Shown here piece after piece: positions 26,831 through 40,550 of a stretch of DNA of 64,000 nucleotides (position 1 is its first letter; the number at the start of each line of letters is the position of its first letter). Source of the stretch: Auanema rhodensis (lineage: Eukaryota > Animalia > Nematoda); the NCBI GenBank assembly GCA_964057225.1, contig OZ059900.1:3224001-3288000 (forward strand), written 5' to 3'. A program made the position numbers and the translations under genes. The notes below the pieces were generated by a model. It had not been told where the DNA came from and did not search any database. It saw only the letters and a program-made list of their open reading frames with translations.

Positions 26831-29800
26831 TACTCGTAAATTTTGATCATATTCGTTAAGATTTGAGAATCAAACACACAATACAAAAAATCAGTCTATT
26901 TTTATGAGCTTGCACTGATATATATTCATTTTGATCAAAAAAGATCGAAAAAAGAAAGAATTTTTGAAATTTCCGAGTTTTGAGTCCAATTTGGCTAAAT
27001 CGCTCATATATATGATCAAAAGCATAGTTTTATTGTCTATAACAACAAAAGTCATCAATTAAACGCTAGTGATGTTTTAATACTGAATTTCGCTCAAATA
27101 GCATTACTACACTAAGTATGGTCGTTTTTATGCCTTTAACACCATATACTCACCGATTTTTGGTACAAAATCTGTAATACTTGTAAATTTTGATCATATT
27201 TGTTAAGATTTGAGAATCAAACACACAATACACAAAATCAGTCTATTTTTATGAGTTTGCACTGATATATATTCACTTTGATCAAAAAAGGTCGAAAATA
27301 GAAAGAATTTTTGAAATTTCCGAGTTTTGAGTCCATTTTGGCTAAATCGCTCATATATATGATCAAAAGCATAGTTTTATTGTCTATAACAACAAAAGTC
27401 ATCAATTAAACGCTAGTGATGTTTAAATACTGAATTTCGCTCAAATAGCATTACTACACTAAGTATGGTCGTTTTTATGCCTTTAACACCATATACTCAC
27501 CGATTTTTGGTACAAAATCTGTAATACTCGTAAATTTTGATCATATTCGTTAAGATTTGAGAATCAAACATACAATACACGAAATCAGTCTATTTTTATG
27601 AGCTTGCACTGATATATATTCAGTTTGATCAAAAAAGGTCGAAAATAGAAAGAATTTTTGAAATTTCCGAGTTTTGAGTCTAATTTGGCTAAATCGCTCA
27701 TATATATGATCAGAAGCATAGTTTTATTGTCTATGACAACAAAAGTCATCAATTAAACGCTAGTGATGTTTAAATACTGATTTTCGCTCAAATAGCATTA
27801 CTACACTAAGTATGGTCGTTTTTATGCCTTTAACACCATATACTCACCGATTTTTGGTACAAAATCTGTAATACTCGTAAATTTTGATCATATTCGTTAA
27901 GATTTGAAAATCAAACACACAATAAACAAAATCAGTCTATTTTTATGAGTTTGCACTGATATATATTCATTTTGATCAAAAAAGGTCGAAAATAGAAAGA
28001 ATTTTTGAATTTTCCGAGTTTTGAGTCCAATTGGGCTAAATCGCTCATATATATGATCAAAAGCATAGTTTTATTGTCTATGACAACAAAAGTCATTAAT
28101 TAAACACTAATGATGTTTAAATCACTAAATTTCGCTCAAATAGCATTACTACACTAAGTATGGTCGTTTTTATGCCTTTAACACCATATACTCACCGATT
28201 TTTGGTACAAAATCTGTAATACTCGTAAATTTTGATCATATTCGTTAAGATTTGAGAATCAAACACACAATACACAAAATCAGTCTATTTTTATGAGCTT
28301 GCACTGATATATATTCATTTTGATCAAAAAAGGTCGAAAAAAGAAAGAATTTTTGAAATTTCCGAGTTTTGAGTCCAATTGGGCTAAATCGCTCATATAT
28401 ATGATCAAAAGCATAGTTTTATTGTCTATGACAACAAAAGTCATTAATTAAACACTAATGATGTTTAAATCACTAAATTTCGCTCAAATAGCATTACTAC
28501 ACTAAGTATGGTCGTTTTTATACCTCTAACACCATATACTCACCGATTTTTGGTACAAAATCTGTAATACTCGTAAATTTTGATCATATTCGTTAAGATT
28601 TGAGAATCAAACACACAATACACAAAATCAGTCTATTTTTATGAGTTTGCACTGATATATATTCATTTTGATCAAAAAAGGTCGAAAATAGAAAGAATTT
28701 TGGAAATGTCCGAGTTTTGAGTCCAATTTGGCTAAATCGCTCATATATATGATCAAAAGCATAGTTTTATTGTCTATAACAACAAAAGTCATCAATTAAA
28801 CGCTAGTGATGTTTAAATACTGAATTTCGCTCAAATAGCATTACTACACTAAGTATGGTCGTTTTTATGCCTTTAACACCATATACTCACCGATTTTTGG
28901 TACAAAATCTGTAATACTCGTAAATTTTGATCATATTCGTTAAGATTTGAGAATCAAACATACAATACACGAAATCAGTCTATTTTTATGAGCTTGCACT
29001 GATATATATTCTTTTTGATCAAAAAAGGTCGAAAATAGAAAGAATTTTTGAAATTTCCGAGTTTTGAGTCTAATTTGGCTAAATCGCTCATATATATGAT
29101 CAGAAGCATAGTTCTATTGTCTATGACAACAAAAATTATCAATTAAACGCTAGTGATGTTCAAATACTGATTTTCGCTCAAATAGCATTACTACACTAAG
29201 TATGGTCGTTTTTATGCCTTTAACACCATATACTCACCGATTTTTGGTACAAAATCTGTAATACTCGTAAATTTTGATCATATTCGTTAAGATTTGAAAA
29301 TCAAACACACAATAAACAAAATCAGTCTATTTTTATGAGTTTGCACTGATATATATTCATTTTGATCAAAAAAGGTCGAAAATAGAAAGAATTTTTGAAA
29401 TTTCCGAGTTTTGAGTCCAATTTGGCTAAATCGCTCATATATATGATCAAAAGCATAGTTTTATTGTCTATGACAACAAAAGTCATTAATTAAACACTAA
29501 TGATGTTTAAATCACTAAATTTCGCTCAAATAGCATTACTACACTAAGTATGGTCGTTTTTATGCCTCTAACACCATATACTCACCGATTTTTGGTACAA
29601 AATCTGTAATACTCGTAAATTTTGATCATATTCGTTAAGATTTGAGAATCAAACACACAATACACAAAATCAGTCTATTTTTATGAGTTTGCACTGATAT
29701 ATATTCATTTTGATCAAAAAAGGTCGAAAATAGAAAGAATTTTTGAATTTTCCGAGTTTTGAGTCCAATTGGGCTAAATCGCTCATATATATGATCAAAA

Positions 29801-32800
29801 GCATAGTTTTATTGTCTATGACAACAAAAGTCATTAATTAAACACTAATGATGTTTAAATCACTAAATTTCGCTCAAATAGCATTACTACACTAAGTATG
29901 GTCGTTTTTATGCCTTTAACACCATATACTCACCGATTTTTGGTACAAAATCTGTAATACTCGTAAATTTTGATCATATTCGTTAAGATTTGAGAATCAA
30001 ACACACAATACACAAAATCAGTCTATTTTTATGAGCTTGCACTGATATATATTCATTTTGATCAAAAAAGATCGAAAAAAGAAAGAATTTTTGAAATTTC
30101 CGAGTTTTGAGTCCAATTTGGCTAAATCGCTCATATATATGATCAAAAGCATAGTTTTATTGTCTATAACAACAAAAGTCATCAATTAAACGCTAGTGAT
30201 GTTTTAATACTGAATTTCGCTCAAATAGCATTACTACACTAAGTATGGTCGTTTTTATGCCTTTAACACCATATACTCACCGATTTTTGGTACAAAATCT
30301 GTAATACTTGTAAATTTTGATCATATTTGTTAAGATTTGAGAATCAAACACACAATACACAAAATCAGTCTATTTTTATGAGTTTGCACTGATATATATT
30401 CATTTTGATCAAAAAAGGTCGAAAATAGAAAGAATTTTGGAAATGTCCGAGTTTTGAGTCCAATTTGGCTAAATCGCTCATATATATGATCAAAAGCATA
30501 GTTTTATTGTCTATAACAACAAAAGTCATCAATTAAACGCTAGTGATGTTTAAATACTGAATTTCGCTCAAATAGCATTACTACACTAAGTATGGTCGTT
30601 TTTATGCCTTTAACACCATATACTCACCGATTTTTGGTACAAAATCTGTAATACTTGTAAATTTTGATCATATTTGTTAAGATTTGAGAATCAAACACAC
30701 AATACACAAAATCAGTCTATTTTTATGAGTTTGCACTGATATATATTCACTTTGATCAAAAAAGTTCGAAAATAGAAAGAATTTTTGAAATTTCCGAGTT
30801 TTGAGTCCAATTTGGCTAAATCGCTCATATATATGATCAAAAGCATAGTTTTATTGTCTATAACAACAAAAGTCATCAATTAAACGCTAGTGATGTTTAA
30901 ATACTGAATTTCGCTCAAATAGCATTACTACACTAAGTATGGTCGTTTTTATGCCTTTAACACCATATACTCACCGATTTTTGGTACAAAATCTGTAATA
31001 CTCGTAAATTTTGATCATATTCGTTAAGATTTGAGAATCAAACATACAATACACGAAATCAGTCTATTTTTATGAGCTTGCACTGATATATATTCATTTT
31101 GATCAAAAAAGGTCGAAAATAGAAAGAATTTTTGAAATTTCCGAGTTTTGAGTCTAATTTGGCTAAATCGCTCATATATATGATCAGAAGCATAGTTTTA
31201 TTGTCTATGACAACAAAAGTCATCAATTAAACGCTAGTGATGTTTAAATACTGATTTTCGCTCAAATAGCATTACTACACTAAGTATGGTCGTTTTTATG
31301 CCTTTAACACCATATGCTCACCGATTTTTGGTACAAAATCTGTAATACTCGTAAATTTTGATCATATTCGTTAAGATTTGAAAATCAAACACACAATAAA
31401 CAAAATCAGTCTATTTTTATGAGTTTGCACTGATATATATTCATTTTGATCAAAAAAGGTCGAAAATAGAAAGAATTTTTGAATTTTCCGAGTTTTGAGT
31501 CCAATTGGGCTAAATCGCTCATATATATGATCAAAAGCATAGTTTTATTGTCTATGACAACAAAAGTCATTAATTAAACACTAATGATGTTTAAATCACT
31601 AAATTTCGCTCAAATAGCATTACTACACTAAGTATGGTCGTTTTTATGCCTTTAACACCATATACTCACCGATTTTTGGTACAAAATCTGTAATACTCGT
31701 AAATTTTGATCATATACGTTAAGATTTGAGAATCAAACACACAATACACAAAATCAGTCTATTTTTATGAGCTTGCACTGATATATATTCATTTTGATCG
31801 AAAAAGGTCGAAAAAAGAAAGAATTTTTGAAATTTCCGAGTTTTGAGTCCAATTTGGCTAAATCGCTCATATATATGATCAAAAGCATAGTTTTATTGTC
31901 TATAACAACAAAAGTCATCAATTAAACGCTAGTGATGTTTAAATACTGATTTTCGCTCAAATAGCATTACTACACTAAGTATGGTCGTTTTTATGCCTTT
32001 AACACCATATACTCACCGATTTTTGGTACAAAATCTGTAATACTCGTAAATTTTGATCATATTCGTTAAGATTTGAGAATCAAACACACAATACACAAAA
32101 TCAGTCTATTTTTATGAGCTTGCACTGATATATATTCATTTTGATCAAAAAAGGTCAAAAATAGAAAGAATTTTTGAAATTTCCGAGTTTTGAGTCCAAT
32201 TGGGCTAAATCGCTCATATATATGATCAAAAGCATAGTTTTATTGTCTATAACAACAAAAGTCATCAATTAAACGCTAGTGATGTTTAAATACTGAATTT
32301 CGCTCAAATAGCATTACTACACTAAGTATGGTCGTTTTTATGCCTTTAACACCATATACTCACCGATTTTTGGTACAAAATCTGTAATACTTGTAAATTT
32401 TGATCATATTCGTTAAGATTTGAGAATCAAACATACAATACACGAAATCAGTCTATTTTTATGAGCTTGCACTGATATATATTCATTTTGATCAAAAAAG
32501 GTCGAAAATAGAAAGAATTTTTGAAATGTCCGAGTTTTGAGTCTAATTTGGCTAAATCGCTCATATATATGATCAAAAGCATAGTTTTATTGTCTATAAC
32601 AACAAAAGTCATCAATTAAACGCTAGTGATGTTTAAATAATGATTTTCGCTCAAATAGCATTACTACACTAAGTATGGTCGTTTTTATGCCTTTAACACC
32701 ATATACTCACCGATTTTTGGTACAAAATCTGTAATACTCGTAAATTTTGATCATATTCGTTAAGATTTGAGAATCAAACACACAATACACAAAATCAGTC

Positions 32801-34900
32801 TATTTTTATGAGCTTGCACTGATATATATTCATTTTGATCAAAAAAGGTCGAAAATAGAAAGAATTTTTGAAATTTCCGAGTTTTGAGTCCAATTTGGCT
32901 AAATCGCTCATATATATGATCAAAAGCATAGTTTTATTGTCTATAACAACAAAAGTCATCAATTAAACGCTAGTGATGTTTTAATACTGAATTTCGCTCA
33001 AATAGCATTACTACACTAAGTATGGTCGTTTTTATGCCTTTAACACCATATACTCACCGATTTTTGGTACAAAATCTGTAATACTTGTAAATTTTGATCA
33101 TATTTGTTAAGATTTGAGAATCAAACACACAATACACAAAATCAGTCTATTTTTATGAGTTTGCACTGATATATATTCACTTTGATCAAAAAAGTTCGAA
33201 AATAGAAAGAATTTTTGAAATTTCCGAGTTTTGAGTCCAATTTGGCTAAATCGCTCATATATATGATCAAAAGCATAGTTTTATTGTCTATAACAACAAA
33301 AGTCATCAATTAAACGCTAGTGATGTTTAAATACTGAATTTCGCTCAAATAGCATTACTACACTAAGTATGGTCGTTTTTATGCCTTTAACACCATATAC
33401 TCACCGATTTTTGGTACAAAATCTGTAATACTCGTAAATTTTGATCATATTCGTTAAGATTTGAGAATCAAACATACAATACACGAAATCAGTCTATTTT
33501 TATGAGCTTGCACTGATATATATTCATTTTGATCAAAAAAGGTCGAAAATAGAAAGAATTTTTGAAATTTCCGAGTTTTGAGTCTAATTTGGCTAAATCG
33601 CTCATATATATGATCAGAAGCATAGTTTTATTGTCTATGACAACAAAAGTCATCAATTAAACGCTAGTGATGTTTAAATACTGATTTTCGCTCAAATAGC
33701 ATTACTACACTAAGTATGGTCGTTTTTATGCCTTTAACACCATATGCTCACCGATTTTTGGTACAAAATCTGTAATACTCGTAAATTTTGATCATATTCG
33801 TTAAGATTTGAAAATCAAACACACAATAAACAAAATCAGTCTATTTTTATGAGTTTGCACTGATATATATTCATTTTGATCAAAAAAGGTCGAAAATAGA
33901 AAGAATTTTTGAATTTTCCGAGTTTTGAGTCCAATTGGGCTAAATCGCTCATATATATGATCAAAAGCATAGTTTTATTGTCTATGACAACAAAAGTCAT
34001 TAATTAAACACTAATGATGTTTAAATCACTAAATTTCGCTCAAATAGCATTACTACACTAAGTATGGTCGTTTTTATGCCTTTAACACCATATACTCACC
34101 GATTTTTGGTACAAAATCTGTAATACTCGTAAATTTTGATCATATTCGTTAAGATTTGAGAATCAAACACACAATACACAAAATCAGTCTATTTTTATGA
34201 GCTTGCACTGATATATATTCATTTTGATCAAAAAAGGTCGAAAATAGAAAGAATTTTTGAAATTTCCGAGTTTTGAGTCCAATTTGGCTAAATCGCTCAT
34301 ATATATGATCAAAAGCATAGTTTTATTGTCTATAACAACAAAAGTCATTAATTAAACACTAATGATGTTTAAATCACTAAATTTCGCTCAAATAGCATTA
34401 CTACACTAAGTATGGTCGTTTTTATGCCTTTAACACCATATACTCACCGATTTTTGGTACAAAATCTGTAATACTCGTAAATTTTGATCATATTTGTTAA
34501 GATTTGAGAATCAAACACACAATACACAAAATCAGTCTATTTTTATGAGCTTGCACTGATATATATTCATTTTGATCAAAAAAGGTCGAAAATAGAAAGA
34601 ATTTTTGAATTTTCCGAGTTTTGAGTCCAATTTGGCTAAATCGCTCATATATATGATCAAAAGCATAGTTTTATTGTCTATAACAACAAAAGTCATCAAT
34701 TAAACGCTAGTGATGTTTAAATACTGAATTTCGCTCAAATAGCATTACTACACTAAGTATGGTCGTTTTTATGCCTTTAACACCATATACTCACCGATTT
34801 TTGGTACAAAATCTGTAATACTTGTAAATTTTGATCATATTTGTTGAGATTTGAGAATCAAACACACAATACACAAAATCAGTCTATTTTTATGAGTTTG

Positions 34901-34920
34901 CACTGATATACACTAAGTAT
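34901..34920 (+). other. 187 bp deletion scar giving a 160 bp short unit
   Basis: CACTGATATA-CACTAAGTAT joins monomer position 309 to 150. CACTAAGTAT occurs at 34751 and 34911. Confidence 0.93.
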
Positions 34921-34949
34921 GGTCGTTTTTATGCCTTTAACACCATATA

Positions 34950-37900
34950 CTCACCGATTTTTGGTACAAAATCTGTAATACTCGTAAATTTTGATCATAT
35001 TCGTTAAGATTTGAGAATCAAACACACAATACACAAAATCAGTCTATTTTTATGAGCTTGCACTGATATATATTCATTTTGATCAAAAAAGGTCGAAAAT
35101 AGAAAGAATTTTTGAAATTTCCGAGTTTTGAGTCTAATTTGGCTAAATCGCTCATATATATGATCAGAAGCATAGTTTTATTGTCTATGACAACAAAAGT
35201 CATCAATTAAACGCTAGTGATGTTTAAATACTGATTTTCGCTCAAATAGCATTACTACACTAAGTATGGTCGTTTTTATGCCTTTAACACCATATACTCA
35301 CCGATTTTTGGTACAAAATCTGTAATACTCGTAAATTTTGATCATATTCGTTAAGATTTGAAAATCAAACACACAATAAACAAAATCAGTCTATTTTTAT
35401 GAGTTTGCACTGATATATATTCATTTTGATCAAAAAAGGTCGAAAATAGAAAGAATTTTTGAATTTTCCGAGTTTTGAGTCCAATTGGGCTAAATCGCTC
35501 ATATATATGATCAAAAGCATAGTTTTATTGTCTATAACAACAAAAGTCATTAATTAAACACTAATGATGTTTAAATCACTAAATTTCGCTCAAATAGCAT
35601 TACTACACTAAGTATGGTCGTTTTTATGCCTTTAACACCATATACTCACCGATTTTTGGTACAAAATCTGTAATACTCGTAAATTTTGATCATATTCGTT
35701 AAGATTTGAGAATCAAACACACAATACACAAAATCAGTCTATTTTTATGAGCTTGCACTGATATATATTCATTTTGATCAAAAAAGGTCGAAAAAAGAAA
35801 GAATTTTTGAAATTTCCGAGTTTTGAGTCCAATTTGGCTAAATCGCTCATATATATGATCAAAAGCATAGTTTTATTGTCTATAACAACAAAAGTCATCA
35901 ATTAAACGCTAGTGATGTTTAAATACTGAATTTCGCTCAAATAGCATTACTACACTAAGTATGGTCGTTTTTATGCCTTTAACACCATATACTCACCGAT
36001 TTTTGGTACAAAATCTGTAATACTTGTAAATTTTGATCATATTTGTTAAGATTTGAGAATCAAACATACAATACACAAAATCAGTCTATTTTTATGAGCT
36101 TGCACTGATATATATTCATTTTGATCAAAAAAGGTCGAAAATAGAAAGAATTTTGGAAATGTCCGAGTTTTGAGTCTAATTTGGCTAAATCGCTCATATA
36201 TATGATCAAAAGCATAGTTTTATTGTCTATGACAACAAAAGTCATCAATTAAACGCTAGTGATGTTTAAATACTGAATTTCGCTCAAATAGCATTACTAC
36301 ACTAAGTATGGTCGTTTTTATGCCTTTAACACCATATACTCACCGATTTTTGGTACAAAATCTGTAATACTTGTAAATTTTGATCATATTTGTTAAGATT
36401 TGAGAATCAAACACACAATACACAAAATCAGTCTATTTTTATGAGCTTGCACTGATATATATTCATTTTGATCAAAAAAGGTCGAAAATAGAAAGAATTT
36501 TGGAAATGTCCGAGTTTTGAGTCTAATTTGGCTAAATCGCTCATATATATGATCAAAAGCATAGTTTTATTGTCTATGACAACAAAAGTCATCAATTAAA
36601 CGCTAGTGATGTTTAAATACTGAATTTCGCTCAAATAGCATTACTACACTAAGTATGGTCGTTTTTATGCCTTTAACACCATATACTCACCGATTTTTGG
36701 TACAAAATCTGTAATACTTGTAAATTTTGATCATATTTGTTAAGATTTGAGAATCAAACACACAATACACAAAATCAGTCTATTTTTATGAGTTTGCACT
36801 GATATATATTCACTTTGATCAAAAAAGGTCGAAAATAGAAAGAATTTTTGAAATGTCCGAGTTTTGAGTCCAATTTGGCTAAATCGCTCATATATATGAT
36901 CAAAAGCATAGTTTTATTGTCTATAACAACAAAAGTCATCAATTAAACGCTAGTGATGTTTAAATACTGAATTTCGCTCAAATAGCATTACTACACTAAG
37001 TATTGTCGTTTTTATGCCTTTAACACCATATACTCACCGATTTTTGGTACAAAATCTGTAATACTCGTAAATTTTGATCATATTCGTTAAGATTTGAGAA
37101 TCAAACACACAATACACAAAATCAGTCTATTTTTATGAGCTTGCACTGATATATATTCATTTTGATCAAAAAAGGTCGAAAATAGAAAGAATTTTTGAAA
37201 TTTCCGAGTTTTGAGTCTAATTTGGCTAAATCGCTCATATATATGATCAGAAGCATAGTTTTATTGTCTATGACAACAAAAGTCATCAATTAAACGCTAG
37301 TGATGTTTAAATACTGATTTTCGCTCAAATAGCATTACTACACTAAGTATGGTCGTTTTTATGCCTTTAACACCATATACTCACCGATTTTTGGTACAAA
37401 ATCTGTAATACTCGTAAATTTTGATCATATTCGTTAAGATTTGAAAATCAAACACACAATAAACAAAATCAGTCTATTTTTATGAGTTTGCACTGATATA
37501 TATTCATTTTGATCAAAAAAGGTCGAAAATAGAAAGAATTTTTGAATTTTCCGAGTTTTGAGTCCAATTGGGCTAAATCGCTCATATATATGATCAAAAG
37601 CATAGTTTTATTGTCTATAACAACAAAAGTCATTAATTAAACACTAATGATGTTTAAATCACTAAATTTCGCTCAAATAGCATTACTACACTAAGTATGG
37701 TCGTTTTTATGCCTTTAACACCATATACTCACCGATTTTTGGTACAAAATCTGTAATACTCGTAAATTTTGATCATATTCGTTAAGATTTGAGAATCAAA
37801 CACACAATACACAAAATCAGTCTATTTTTATGAGCTTGCACTGATATATATTCATTTTGATCAAAAAAGGTCGAAAAAAGAAAGAATTTTTGAAATTTCC

Positions 37901-40550
37901 GAGTTTTGAGTCCAATTTGGCTAAATCGCTCATATATATGATCAAAAGCATAGTTTTATTGTCTATAACAACAAAAGTCATCAATTAAACGCTAGTGATG
38001 TTTAAATACTGAATTTCGCTCAAATAGCATTACTACACTAAGTATGGTCGTTTTTATGCCTTTAACACCATATACTCACCGATTTTTGGTACAAAATCTG
38101 TAATACTTGTAAATTTTGATCATATTTGTTAAGATTTGAGAATCAAACATACAATACACAAAATCAGTCTATTTTTATGAGCTTGCACTGATATATATTC
38201 ATTTTGATCAAAAAAGGTCGAAAATAGAAAGAATTTTGGAAATGTCCGAGTTTTGAGTCTAATTTGGCTAAATCGCTCATATATATGATCAAAAGCATAG
38301 TTTTATTGTCTATGACAACAAAAGTCATCAATTAAACGCTAGTGATGTTTAAATACTGAATTTCGCTCAAATAGCATTACTACACTAAGTATGGTCGTTT
38401 TTATGCCTTTAACACCATATACTCACCGATTTTTGGTACAAAATCTGTAATACTTGTAAATTTTGATCATATTTGTTAAGATTTGAGAATCAAACACACA
38501 ATACACAAAATCAGTCTATTTTTATGAGTTTGCACTGATATATATTCACTTTGATCAAAAAAGGTCGAAAATAGAAAGAATTTTTGAAATGTCCGAGTTT
38601 TGAGTCCAATTTGGCTAAATCGCTCATATATATGATCAAAAGCATAGTTTTATTGTCTATAACAACAAAAGTCATCAATTAAACGCTAGTGATGTTTAAA
38701 TACTGAATTTCGCTCAAATAGCATTACTACACTAAGTATGGTCGTTTTTATGCCTTTAACACCATATACTCACCGATTTTTGGTACAAAATCTGTAATAC
38801 TCGTAAATTTTGATCATATTCGTTAAGATTTGAGAATCAAACACACAATACACAAAATCAGTCTATTTTTATGAGCTTGCACTGATATATATTCATTTTG
38901 ATCAAAAAAGGTCGAAAATAGAAAGAATTTTTGAAATTTCCGAGTTTTGAGTCTAATTTGGCTAAATCGCTCATATATATGATCAGAAGCATAGTTTTAT
39001 TGTCTATGACAACAAAAGTCATCAATTAAACGCTAGTGATGTTTAAATACTGATTTTCGCTCAAATAGCATTACTACACTAAGTATGGTCGTTTTTATGC
39101 CTTTAACACCATATACTCACCGATTTTTGGTACAAAATCTGTAATACTCGTAAATTTTGATCATATTCGTTAAGATTTGAAAATCAAACACACAATAAAC
39201 AAAATCAGTCTATTTTTATGAGTTTGCACTGATATATATTCATTTTGATCAAAAAAGGTCGAAAATAGAAAGAATTTTTGAATTTTCCGAGTTTTGAGTC
39301 CAATTGGGCTAAATCGCTCATATATATGATCAAAAGCATAGTTTTATTGTCTATAACAACAAAAGTCATTAATTAAACACTAATGATGTTTAAATCACTA
39401 AATTTCGCTCAAATAGCATTACTACACTAAGTATGGTCGTTTTTATGCCTTTAACACCATATACTCACCGATTTTTGGTACAAAATCTGTAATACTCGTA
39501 AATTTTGATCATATTCGTTAAGATTTGAGAATCAAACACACAATACACAAAATCAGTCTATTTTTATGAGCTTGCACTGATATATATTCATTTTGATCAA
39601 AAAAGGTCGAAAAAAGAAAGAATTTTTGAAATTTCCGAGTTTTGAGTCCAATTTGGCTAAATCGCTCATATATATGATCAAAAGCATAGTTTTATTGTCT
39701 ATAACAACAAAAGTCATCAATTAAACGCTAGTGATGTTTAAATACTGAATTTCGCTCAAATAGCATTACTACACTAAGTATGGTCGTTTTTATGCCTTTA
39801 ACACCATATACTCACCGATTTTTGGTACAAAATCTGTAATACTTGTAAATTTTGATCATATTTGTTAAGATTTGAGAATCAAACATACAATACACAAAAT
39901 CAGTCTATTTTTATGAGCTTGCACTGATATATATTCATTTTGATCAAAAAAGGTCGAAAATAGAAAGAATTTTGGAAATGTCCGAGTTTTGAGTCTAATT
40001 TGGCTAAATCGCTCATATATATGATCAAAAGCATAGTTTTATTGTCTATGACAACAAAAGTCATCAATTAAACGCTAGTGATGTTTAAATACTGAATTTC
40101 GCTCAAATAGCATTACTACACTAAGTATGGTCGTTTTTATGCCTTTAACACCATATACTCACCGATTTTTGGTACAAAATCTGTAATACTTGTAAATTTT
40201 GATCATATTTGTTAAGATTTGAGAATCAAACACACAATACACAAAATCAGTCTATTTTTATGAGTTTGCACTGATATATATTCACTTTGATCAAAAAAGG
40301 TCGAAAATAGAAAGAATTTTTGAAATGTCCGAGTTTTGAGTCCAATTTGGCTAAATCGCTCATATATATGATCAAAAGCATAGTTTTATTGTCTATAACA
40401 ACAAAAGTCATCAATTAAACGCTAGTGATGTTTAAATACTGAATTTCGCTCAAATAGCATTACTACACTAAGTATGGTCGTTTTTATGCCTTTAACACCA
40501 TATACTCACCGATTTTTGGTACAAAATCTGTAATACTCGTAAATTTTGAT
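34950..40550 (+). repeat. 5-monomer higher-order repeat, 3 copies, the first expanded to 6 monomers
   Basis: The 348 bp subtype starts (CATTAATT) are at 35548, 37631 and 39367, spacings of 2083 (6x347+1) and 1736 (5x347+1). The variant order is the same in each period. Confidence 0.88.
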
